This document shows, piece after piece, positions 53,701 through 64,000 of a stretch of DNA of 64,000 nt (position 1 is the first letter of the stretch; every line of letters starts with the position of its first letter). Below the pieces are notes generated by a model. That model saw only the letters and a list, made by a program, of their open reading frames with translations, had not been told where the DNA came from and searched no databases. The position numbers and the translations under genes are program-made. This stretch comes from Eledone cirrhosa (lineage: Eukaryota): assembly GCA_964016885.1 (NCBI GenBank), contig OZ024742.1:138880001-138944000 (forward strand). Direction: 5' to 3'.

Positions 53701-53950
53701 ATCGGTATATTTGCAAGACTTTTAGGTGTATGTTCGTAATTTTGTCAGGTCCCAAGATTTTGGTACAAGGAAGGTGTCATATATTTGATGGTAGACATCC
53801 ATCCAGCATTTTCCGCTTCTGTTTCCTTTGAGCAAATTTGGTAACTGACTTTGTAAAAAGGTTTAATTAGGGAGTTTGCTTCTGAAAGTGTGTTACCTGA
53901 AGTTGTCATAGTCATTTACTGCTTGCTTTGTGGTTTGTTAGATACAAATA

Positions 53951-54108
53951 TAGGCGGTGAATTGGCAGAATCGTTAGAATGTCGGATAGAATGCTTTGCG
54001 GTATTCGTTCCGGCTCTCTGCTCTTGGAGTTCAAATCCTGCCGAGGTTAACTTTGCCTTTCATCCTTTCGAGGTCGATAAAAAATACCACTCTAGTACTG
54101 GGGTCGAT
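53951..54108 (+). mobile_element. SINE (older subfamily)
   Basis: ggcggtgaattggcagaatcgttag…gagttcaaatcctgccgaggttaactttgcctttcatcc. Confidence 0.8.
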
Positions 54109-55332
54109 CTTTCCTCTAGATCTTTTCCTTATTTCCTCTCTTCCTCTCGCTCTCTCTCTCTCTCTCACTTTCTATCATTCTCTGGAAGAAATCTGCTGGA
54201 GAGGGATGGGCTCCGTCAGGCTTAAAATACGGCGCCCCTACGACTCTACCAGGAGTTACGGGGGGAGGGAGGAAAAGGAAAGAAAAAATACAAATATTTG
54301 CCAGTCTTCTGCTTTTCTTTCTTTATTTCTTGACTAATTCCTTGATGCAGAAGTATATTTCTGTTGTGATAGTATTACAGTAATTTTTATCCATCGTTTT
54401 TATCAGTTTGACTACATTTTGCCTGGTGGAAATTTTCTTTAGTATATATAGTTGCAAAGGACTTTTAATATGTTTGTTTTTGAGACCATATTTTAACGTC
54501 AACTTTTCTGTTTTGTTGAGCATCTCATATCATATTAAAGATGCTATGTCTCTCGGAATGACAAGTGGAACATCGTTACGATTAGTTACATAACCAATTT
54601 ACTTAAGTATCAAATCCATGCTATTTCAAATTTCTAGATAGAATGGGATAAAAGATGGGCATTTTCTTTTTCTTTCTGAATGAGTATTTACGATGTAGGT
54701 GCCAACTCATAACGCACCTTGTTAAACATTTATCCCTATAAGGACATTTTATACGTGATTCACCACAGAATCACGCAACTCAATCCTAATTTCTTAATAA
54801 GTCTTCAAACTTTATATGATACCTGTCGTTTAGATCTAATATATATAACCTAGACTTCCACTGTTTGCTCTCTGTTTAATCAGTGCTGGATTTATATAAG
54901 TGGAATAAGCTATCCTTAGGGCGCAAATCCTCGTTGAGCTCGTTCTTTTAAAGTATATTATTTCATCATTAGTTTTTAAGCATAAAAAAAATGGAACTGG
55001 CTGTTGAAACGGCAAGAGCTGGGCCATCAGGGTTCCTACTCTTTATAATATATATATAAATAATTTATTCTTTATCATTAACATTAACGTCGAGGTTAAC
55101 TTTGCCTTTCATCCTTACGGGTCAATAAAATAAAGTACCAGTAATGTACTGGATAATTGCTGGCCTTGTGCCAAAAGTAGAAACAATTAATATATAAATA
55201 ATATTTTTGAGAAGGGCCTCAAATTTCATATAGATTAGAGCATCAGTAGTTGAAAGTTCGGCCCTGTGTATAATCAATACATAATGACAAGGATGTTAAA
55301 TTTCCCAAATGATTCTACTATTTTTATTTCAG

Positions 55333-55412
55333 ATTTTATTTGGTACAGATGGTTTGTTATATATATCAGTAGGAGCAGGCTTTGGTTACTGGACAAATTT
55401 AGCTCAGAACAT
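55333..55412 (+). CDS. HHIP-like protein, exon 2 (not in the ORF track)
   Basis: tttcag|ILFGTDGLLYISVGAGFGYWTNLAQN(M)|gtaagt, phase 0 to 2. Matches the LLFGxDGYLYI…AQN segment of the HHIPL family. Confidence 0.88.
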
Positions 55413-56199
55413 GTAAGTTTCGCTAATGTCAACCAGTTTTCACTTTCATTTTCTTCTTCGCAGATATCTTCTTCGCCGATAATTCCTGGGAGGGTCCTGG
55501 GGGAAGAGTCTTCAAACACTCCTTCCGGTGCGGCCGGTCAGAAGCAATCGTTTCTAATTGATTTGTCTGCATCCCTAAGCGAGACTAGCCGAGTTCATGG
55601 ATGTTATCTAACCATGTTGCTCGGGGTTTACTCATGGATCTCTTGCAGTTTGGTTTTGTCCGTAAAATCTGTCCAGAGATTCTTTCCTAAAACATTCTAA
55701 TCATCATATACCCGTAATAGCGGAGCTGCGATCTCTCAATTAGGATACATCAACACTAACATAGATGAAACATTATCAGCAATAGTATTTGTGGCGGCAT
55801 GGTTAAAAGTTCGATAACTGGGTGGTTTGAAGTTTGCCCCCACCTCCACCCCATTCCAATATGCAGCACCTCAGATCAACTGAATGAAATTTGGTAGACG
55901 GAATCTGTTCTATCACCAGCTGAAGCTCCAAGCTATATGAAATTTGATGCCCTTCTCTAAAAAAATTTTAAATAATTATACACGATTATGTTTTATTGAT
56001 GATTACAAATTATATATATATATATGTCTGTGTGTGTGTGTGTGTGTGTGTTTCAAAATGTTATCTTTTCAATAATGTCACTTTGGCGAATCAAAGAAAG
56101 GATAAAAAAAGAAAAACAGACCCTTAGATATATTTTCCGTGCTATTTCCAATCTCACCTTTTCTCTATATCCACTGTTTTGTATAGAACCTTACTTCCC

Positions 56200-56238
<39 letters not shown>

Positions 56239-56562
56239 TATTTTTTTATACTATTCACACTCTGCTCTGTAAGAATATTGAGTGCTAATTTTGGTATACC
56301 GCCTATGGAAGCACCATAGCTACCATTATACACACGTATATATATATATATATTTATATATATAACAAAGGAATTGTGGTAGATGGACCATAACGCACCA
56401 GAGTACTCAATACTTACGGTAGTAGAGTGGGAAATAGGAAAAAGTATGACCCCGACGGCAGAGCTCTAGCCGTTTCGATATATATATTAAACTTAAGCCA
56501 AAATCTCAATTTGGGAAGATATAAGCTAGACCAACTGAAATAAGTTGGTTCTACTTATACAG

Positions 56563-56664
56563 TTCCCTGACCATGGTTTCTGGAACTCAAGAAATAACAT
56601 TAATCATTCTAAGACATTGGAATAACCAATATTGGAAGAATTACAGTTCCTTCATCGGGAGGAG
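56563..56664 (-). ncRNA. Hammerhead motif, CCGAUGA core, long helix II
   Basis: CCGATGA-aGGAAC…GTTCCa-GAAA-CCATGG-TC-agggaa. Helix I is imperfect. Confidence 0.6.
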
Positions 56665-56945
56665 AATTCTTCGGAATAAGGGGGAGAAGTTGAATACATA
56701 TCATATATATAGCATGTCGTTGTTAGATCGCATGGTGTTAACGTGTTGCGTCACTGAATTACTATATGAATGTATCCCACTCAAGTTGTCTCAGGAAATA
56801 GGAGCCAAAATCACCGAAATCTGCTAAAAAAAATGGGGATATATTCATTTAGTAATTCAGCGAAGCAACACATTGACACCATGGGGTTCGGCAACGACAT
56901 GGGATATATATGTATTCAACTTATCCCCTTATTCCAAAGAATTCC

Positions 56946-57043
56946 TCCCCCGATGAAGGAACTGTAATTCTTCCAACATTCGTTATTCCAAAGTCTTGGA
57001 ATGGTTAATGTTGCCTTTTGTGTTCCAGAAACCATGATCGGGA
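56946..57043 (+). ncRNA. Hammerhead motif, CCGAUGA core, long helix II
   Basis: TCCC-CCGATGA-aGGAAC..CAACATT..ATTCCAA agtc TTGGAAT..AATGTTG..GTTCCa-GAAA-CCATGA-TC-GGGA. Confidence 0.65.
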
Positions 57044-57377
57044 AATTGTAAAAGTAGATCCGATTTATTTTAGTCGGTCTAGCTTATATCCTCCCAAACT
57101 GAGATTTTGGCTTAAGTTTAATATATTTTATTACTTCTAGTAGATAATTTATTAATATATTTTATCCTTTCATTAAGATGTCTACGTATTAGAGACAGCT
57201 AACTTTAAAAATTAATATCAACTGCTCTATCATTGTTGAGCAGATTTAAACGGTTTTGGCTGCTATTTCCAGCAACATTATGGGCCCGTCGTATTGTCCT
57301 AATACATTGAGTGGGAAATATTCACATAGTAATTCAGTGATGCAACACGTTGACACCATGCGGTTCGGGAACGACAT

Positions 57378-57450
<73 letters not shown>

Positions 57451-57587
57451 GTTAAAATACTGGAGCGTGTTGGAGTTAAACACCCTCTTCGTATTATAGA
57501 AATGACAGTAAAAGGTATAGCTCAATGTAGTTAAACAGAGCCGAAAAATTAAGAAAGTAAAACAAAGAAGCCTTCAATACATCAAAA

Positions 57588-57625
57588 GCCGACAATGTTT
57601 CGTCCTATTAAGGACTCATCAGGGC
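57588..57625 (-). ncRNA. Canonical minimal type I hammerhead ribozyme
   Basis: GCC-CTGATGA-GTCC ttaata GGAC-GAAA-CATTG-TC-GGC on the minus strand. Confidence 0.88.
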
Positions 57626-58182
57626 AATTAAAACAACAAGAAGTAATATCGGCAGATACAAGCCGGAAGCTCCGAAGAATATGGAGTGTACATACACTAA
57701 AGTATTGCAAGATTATGGGTAAAAATATATAATAAAAATAATAAAAATATATAATAAAAATTACTAAGGATGTATATAACATTAAGAACCATATTACAAA
57801 TATAGTCCAAAGCAAAAGAAACCTAGAGCTAAACAAAGGTGGTTATATAGAGCAGGAATTATATATAATACAATGTAATATAATATAATATACCTTTACC
57901 AATATTAAAATTACAATAAAAATCAAAAGGTACAATATGCATATGTATATATGTACGCACACGTACACATACATACACATACAACAATACACATATCCAT
58001 ATTCAACTGCACAAATTAAACCTTATTAAGAGTTTGAATATAAAAATAAGCATGATAGGAATGAAAATAATAATAATAATAATACTAATACATCTACCCA
58101 ATATACATGAGGTAATAATATGATATAATTATAAGTAGCACATATAATAAATAATAAACTATTCTATTATATTATATTATAT

Positions 58183-58372
58183 AGGGCGGTGGATTGGCAG
58201 TATCGGTAGAGCGTCGGACGCCATGCTTTCCAGCATAGTTACGTCCCTTTACGATCTGAGTTCAAATCCCGCCGAGGTTGACTTTGCCTTTCATCCTTAC
58301 GGGGTCGATAAAATAAAGTACCAGTAATGCACTGGATAATTGCTGGCCTTGTGCCTAAAGTAGAAACAATTA
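58183..58372 (+). mobile_element. Major-family SINE at the palindrome centre
   Basis: Full SINE flanked by the direct repeat attatattatata. Confidence 0.9.
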
Positions 58373-58924
58373 TATTATATAGTATATAATTGTATTGTTT
58401 ATTATTTATTATATGTGCTACTTATAATTATATCATATTATTACCTCATGTATATTGGGTAGATGTATTAGTATTATTATTATTTTCATTCCTATCATGC
58501 TTATTTTTATATTCAAACTCTTAATAAGGTTTAATTTGTGCAGTTGAAGATGGATGTGTGTATTGTTGTATGTGTATGTGTGTGTACGTGTGCGTACATA
58601 TATACATATGCATATTGTACCTTTTGATTTTTATTGTAATTTTAATATTGGTAAAGGTATATTATATTATATTACATTGTATTATATATAATTCCTGCTC
58701 TATATAACCACCTTTGTTTAGCTCTAGGTTTCTTTTGCTTTGGACTATATTTGTAATATGGTTCTTAATGTTATATACATCCTTAGTAATTTTTATTATA
58801 TATTTTTATTATTTTTATTATATATTTTTACCCATAATCTTGCAATACTTTAGTGTATGTACACTCCATATTCTTCGGAGCTTCCGGCTTGTATCTGCCG
58901 ATATTACTTCTTGTTGTTTTAATT

Positions 58925-58962
58925 GCCCTGATGAGTCCTTAATAGGACGAAACATTGTCGGC
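58925..58962 (+). ncRNA. Canonical minimal type I hammerhead ribozyme (sense to HHIPL)
   Basis: GCC-CTGATGA-GTCC ttaata GGAC-GAAA-CATTG-TC^GGC-TAATAAA, with predicted cleavage after 58959. Confidence 0.9.
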
Positions 58963-59007
58963 TAATAAAGACTTTTGATGTATTGAAGGCTTCTTTGTTT
59001 TACTTTC

Positions 59008-59044
<37 letters not shown>

Positions 59045-59920
59045 TTAGGGTAAATATTGATGCAATTCAATTCAAGCACTCAACGTACTTTTTCCACATA
59101 GGAGTGACGGAGTAAATATCGAATAAGTAAAAGCGAAGTAGTTTCAGATGTTCAAGTCCTTTAATAATAATGCTGTGATATTATAGTACATTAGAACGGT
59201 GGGTAAACTACAGTATACAAGGCAGTAGTCAATCTGGTACACAGTCATAATTTCCATCACATGGAACAAAACCAAAGAAAAACAGATATAAAGTACACAA
59301 AAGAAAAGAACCAATAATGAATAAATGCAAAAACACAGAGTACATATATGCAAAATGATCCATATGATTGTCAATTTGTTAATGTATAGATTGAATTTAC
59401 TGTAGTTTACCCTCCGTTCTAATATCGTTCAATATGTGGATAGTGTAACAGGGACATTGGAACCCCTCTCAGAACTTCTTACTTAAACATCTCTCTCCAT
59501 ATTATTTACTCACTTCAATCTATATGTTTTTTACTCACCTCAATTCGGATTCTCACTTGAAATTTTTTTTAATTTCTAATTGTTAATTTTTTAATTGTTT
59601 AATTTATAATTTCTGATTTTTGATTTAGGATTTTAATTTTTATTTCCAACTCTCACTCATAACTTCCAATGTAAAACCATGATACCTAGAATTAAATATA
59701 TTTTCTCTTGGGAATTGATGGTCAGTCGTACTGTCCATGCTTGGTGAGAGGTAGTATTGTGACCTGTAAAAACTAACACTCTCCAGTTCTATTTACATGC
59801 CAACACAAGAGCAAGAACGAGGAGCTCATTCTACTGACATGGCTTTAAAAAAGTGTCTGTTTGCATAATTTCAAATGAATCGAATATTATTATTAATATT
59901 CGAAAAACTCAGATTACATT

Positions 59921-59966
<46 letters not shown>

Positions 59967-60544
59967 AATTGGCGTATACCTTCCTAGGTACTTCGAGTCT
60001 CCCGTAGCAAGTTGATTTTACTGCGTTCGTCAGACTTCAGATATTCACAGCCGGTGATATTTCAATAAAGTTCCTCTGAAAAAACATGCTTCGGGATACA
60101 TATAAAATATACATACACAAGCACACACACATATAATTACAAGTATGAACGAACACACACACACACTCACACTCACACACACACAAATATATGTCTTGTT
60201 AATCGGCACAGGAAAGGTACAATATTCTGACAGTCTTTCTAATTTGGAATATTTCGTTATTCAGTTTCCGAAAGAGTTATGATGGTTGCCCAGAGGTCTT
60301 GGATTATGCTCTCCGTGCGGACTGGTGGCTGTCTGGATATTTGATGACCACAACCGAAGAATATATTTTGTTCTATGCGGGCATGGCTTAGATATATCGT
60401 TCTTCGTCTTAAGGTATGAGTTTGCGTCCAGTGAATTTGTTCATATAAGCCATCCCGCGGTGTTGCAGAGTCCGCACCACAGAACCATTGACGTAGGGTT
60501 TACATTCATTATTCTACTGGAAAAAAAATTGGAACAAACCTACT

Positions 60545-60840
60545 GCATATATAGCAAAACTAAAATTCAGTAAGTTATTTAATGATTTTCAAAACGCACT
60601 AAAAATGATATCCACAGCGTAAAAACACCAGGTAAGGCTCTATTATTCTCTGACAAAACAAAAACATATACCAGGTAGACAGAAGCACCTACGACCAATT
60701 GCTCATAAATAACATTACCAGTAATTACAAGAAAGCCAAGCCAAATACATACGATAGCATCAACAAAAAGACGAAAGAAATAGCAGCCGTGTTACATTTG
60801 GACGATAGAATAGAGACACGACCCAAATAACATGCATTTT
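60545..60840 (+). mobile_element. Penelope-like (Naiad-type) ORF fragment upstream of the RT core
   Basis: LKFSKLFNDFQNALK/DIHSVK…FSDKTKNIYQVDRSTYDQLLINNITSNYKKA…INKKTKEIAAVLHLDDRIE, matching the (A/S)DK(T/G) motif of PLE RTs. Confidence 0.65.
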
Positions 60841-60952
60841 ACTAAGCCATTAAACAAATAATAACAAAAAACATAGCACAAAATAATATCAGTTTGCAAC
60901 ACGGCTAAAATAGCAAATGTTTTCACTTTTTCACTTTTTTTTTCATTCTAAG

Positions 60953-61131
60953 GAGCTCGTTCATCGGAAAAATGCTTCGTATAAATGCAAATGTCTCATC
61001 AACTGATCAGCTCTACAGTATACCCACGGCTAACCCTTTCGTCAACACAAGTGATGCAAAACCAGAGATCTATGCTCTTGGGATTAAAAATGCCTGGAGG
61101 TGTAGCGTCGACCAAGGTGATCCGCTAACTG
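60953..61131 (+). CDS. HHIP-like protein, exon 3
   Basis: ctaag|g SSFIGKMLRIN…YSIPTANPFV…PEIYALGIKNAWRCSVDQGDPLT g|gtaagt, phase 2 to 1. Confidence 0.92.
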
Positions 61132-62174
61132 GTAAGTGTCGGCTATTTGTTAGCAACAGAAGTCTTTTGTTAATTAAAACAAAGCAAAGCATAATTGAAA
61201 TAAAAGAAATCTGTGCTAAGTATTCTACACTATATACATTTGACTCTTGATTCTCAGTGAAAACCTCGGCAGAACTGTCTTTGTCTTTCAGCAATTGCTC
61301 ATAGACTGATATTTGCAGAGAAGTTCCCGAGTCATGTAAATGAGATGAATTCATTAGTATTACCTTTAGCTGTGTCCCAGTTGATTCGATCAATTAACCT
61401 GCAAGTGGATGAGCATTTCACAGACTGATATACTCTCAACTTAGTCATCAGGGTGATTCAGTGTGACATGAGAACTTTTTTTGCCAGTTGAGTGGACTCC
61501 GGCAACGTGTCATGCTCAATGACACAACGTGGCACCCGGTCCGGGGATAGAATCTCCTAACCTACGTGCCTTCACAAAGAGTTATTGCTTTGTGTTCTTT
61601 CAGAGTCAACATTACTCTTTATCCTAATTGGATGAAAGAATAAAGGGAATTTAATCGCCTTGAAACCTCACATACCAAAATTTAGTTGTGTTCCTATAAG
61701 AGGGTACTCGATTCTTGATAGTTCTATAGAAAGGATGAGAAGTTAAATGTTACCTATATCTTTTTATAACTGCAAGTTAAAATCTTCTAAGGATCTTGTT
61801 TTTTTACAAACGATATAAGAGAAATACCTTAGTCGATGAGTTGGTTGCTTCTTATTGGTAGCTTCTGACTTCCAGGATATAAATAAATATCTCTTTAACG
61901 CTCAATCCTCTATAAATATATTTTTTTATTGTCGAAAGGAATATAGTAGGAGTCATTCTGTAATAATTCTTCACACTTCCGTAGTCATCTCCTTGTCTTC
62001 CGTGTACTGTGGCTTTTCACCAGGGAGAGAGTGACCATGTATTCATACGCAATTTACCATGTCTTTTTAACCTTATTGCATATGAAAATGTTGCTATTGC
62101 GAGGTATGACGTAGTTCCACTACAGTTCCATTTACAGGATTCTAAAAATTGATTTTTTTTTCTGTGAAATTCCT

Positions 62175-63220
62175 GGTGGATTAGCAGTATCGGTAGGGCG
62201 TCGGACAACCTGTTTTATGGCATAGGGTTACGTCCCTTTACGATCTGAGTTCAAATCATGTTGTTTTTTTCATAGACAGAATAAATACATTTCTAAATAT
62301 AATTTTAAGTTATTCGCAGAATAAATATTACATACATTTTATCAATCATTGATTCTACCTTTGGCACAAGGCCAGCAATTTGAATGGAAAAGGAAAATCA
62401 ATTAGATCGATTCCAGTGCGTTACTGGTGCTTCATTTGTATCAACATTGTAAGGATGAAAGGCAAAGCCACTATGGTGGAATTCGAACTCAGAATGTAAA
62501 GAACTATAACTATATGTCGCAAAACGTTTTCTCCGACGCTCTATCGATTCTACCAATCTACTGTCCTATATATTTCATTAATAATGGTTTCTTATATAGG
62601 CACAAGGCCAGCAATTTTGGGGGAGGGGAAAGTCGATTAAATCGACCCCAGTGCGTGACTGGTACTTTATTTTATCGACCGCGTAAGGATGAAAGACAAA
62701 ATTAACCTCGGTGGGATTTGAACTCAGATCATAAAGGGGCGTAACTCTATGCTGCAAAGCATGCTGTCCGACGCCCTACTGATACTGCCAATCCGCTGCC
62801 CTTATACTTTTCATTAATAATGGTTTCTCATATAGGCACAAGGCCATCAATTTGGTGGGGAGAGGAAAGTCGATTAAATCGACCGCAGTGCGTGACTGGT
62901 ACTTTATTTTATCGACTTCGTAAGGATGAAAGGCTGGATTTGAACTCAGATCATAAAGGGACGTAACTCTATACTACAAAGCATGGCGTCCGACCCTCTA
63001 CCGATACTGCCAATCCACCGCTCTATACATTTCATTAATAATTGTTTCTACTTTAGGCACAAGGCCAGCAATTACCCAGTACATTACTGGGACTTTATTT
63101 TATCGACCCCGTAATGATGAAAGGCAAAGTTAACCTCGGCGGGATTTGAACTGAGACTGTAAAGGGACGTAACTATGCTAGAAAGCATGGCGTCCAACCC
63201 TCTACCGATACTGCCAATGA
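62175..63220. mobile_element. Cluster of five SINEs (one + fragment, four - copies in tandem)
   Basis: Repeated reverse-complement SINE cores at ~62350, 62580, 62815 and 63035. Confidence 0.85.
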
Positions 63221-63755
63221 AAAGGAATTTCACAGGCAAAAATCAATTTTTAGAAATCTTGTAATCTCAAACATTGACCTAGTATGGTTAATAGTTCCCG
63301 GTTTCGATCCCTCTGCATGGTATCTTAGGCAAGTGTAATTTACCAAAGTCTTGAGAGACCCATACATTGTAAGTGAAATAGGGTGAAAATGGAAACTGTT
63401 CTGAAGTGCGTTGGGTGGACAATACCTGTGATTTAAAGGGCCAGCTTCATAGCACACTGTATTACTCTGAATCCCCGTAACTGTTCCAGTTGTTCGATTA
63501 AAGCAGAGATTCTCAAACTTTTGACGTGCTGGACCACATGGATAAAAAGCATGACAATATATTTACCGACAATGTATTTTGTATGGCGATGAATTTACCA
63601 ACGATTTTGGCTCGTAATGTAATTACAGTGATAACATTACCAGATGAAGAAATTTTAGATGACGAGTTTACAGTGAGGAATTTACCGAACAACATTAAAA
63701 TATCGATGAAAGTGTTCTTAAGCATTGTAAAAAGCACTAATTGCTATTATTTCAG

Positions 63756-63906
63756 GAGCAGGCCGTGGCCGTATCTTCTGTGGAGACGTCGGTGATCAAA
63801 TGTTTGAAGAAATCAATATTATATATAAAGAAGGTAATTACGGATGGAACTTACGAGAAGGGCGTCAATGTCGACTAAACCGTATTTGTAACCAAGCAAC
63901 AATTTC
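63756..63906 (+). CDS. HHIP-like protein, exon 4
   Basis: ttcag|ga [38 protein letters not shown]…|gtgagt. The phase-1 entry matches exon 3. Confidence 0.92.
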
Positions 63907-64000
63907 GTGAGTAGAGTCATAATTTTTTACTGTTTCTTATATTATTTTTCCATAAAAAAGGATTTATGGATTATTTTCAGTCAGTAATGACCATGGGATT

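Larger units (their letters stand above)
56481..57127. repeat. Diverged inverted repeat (~300-bp arms), each arm carrying an HHR
   Basis: 56481-56780 is the reverse complement of 56835-57127, with scattered substitutions. Confidence 0.85.
57548..59012. repeat. Near-perfect inverted repeat (~610-bp arms) with a central SINE
   Basis: 57548-58159 is the reverse complement of 58397-59012. The ORF track shows the same peptide on both strands. Confidence 0.95.

Noticed and set aside
57582-57836. Duplicated small membrane-protein ORF (also 58714-58965)
   Set aside because: Non-ATG start and AT-rich low complexity. Its C-terminal CPDESLIGRNIVG is simply the hammerhead sequence read in frame.
59700-59775. 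Alternative HHIPL exon 2 (LGIDGQSY)
   Set aside because: No suitable splice sites and an in-frame stop. The exon at 55333-55412 fits both motif and phase.
59970-60045. Minus-strand hammerhead-like CTGACGA…GAAG-TACC/GGTA-TA
   Set aside because: GAAG instead of GAAA, and helix I does not pair.

Overview
AT-rich, repeat-dense eukaryotic DNA. The abundant tRNA-headed SINE (…gcctttcatccttacggggtcgataaaataaagtaccag…) suggests an octopod cephalopod, which is an inference. The one host gene is a + strand HHIP-like (HHIPL, glucose/sorbosone-dehydrogenase-type beta-propeller) gene. Four phase-compatible exons were found (48742-49332, 55333-55412, 60953-61131, 63756-63906), and the gene continues past the window. 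The rest is retroelement and satellite DNA: three near-full-length but disrupted L1/Tx1-clade LINEs, Tx1 3' fragments, two RTE remnants, CRE-like, mariner and Penelope-like (PLE) fragments, more than 20 SINE copies, MITEs, a ~8 kb 45-bp minisatellite, two 31-bp hairpin minisatellites and long trinucleotide tracts. The main signal the ORF track misses is a dense set of type I hammerhead ribozyme (HHR) motifs: ten complete or near-complete motifs plus five 3'-half motifs. They sit on short PLE-like elements in or beside (TA)n tracts. They include a recurrent CCGAUGA core variant, very long helix II arms, palindromic helix III and an AATAAA just 3' of helix I. Two pairs form large inverted repeats inside HHIPL intron 2. 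The Tx1 elements appear to be microsatellite-targeted, at (ATT)n and (TATC)n. All folds were read by eye and none is tested.
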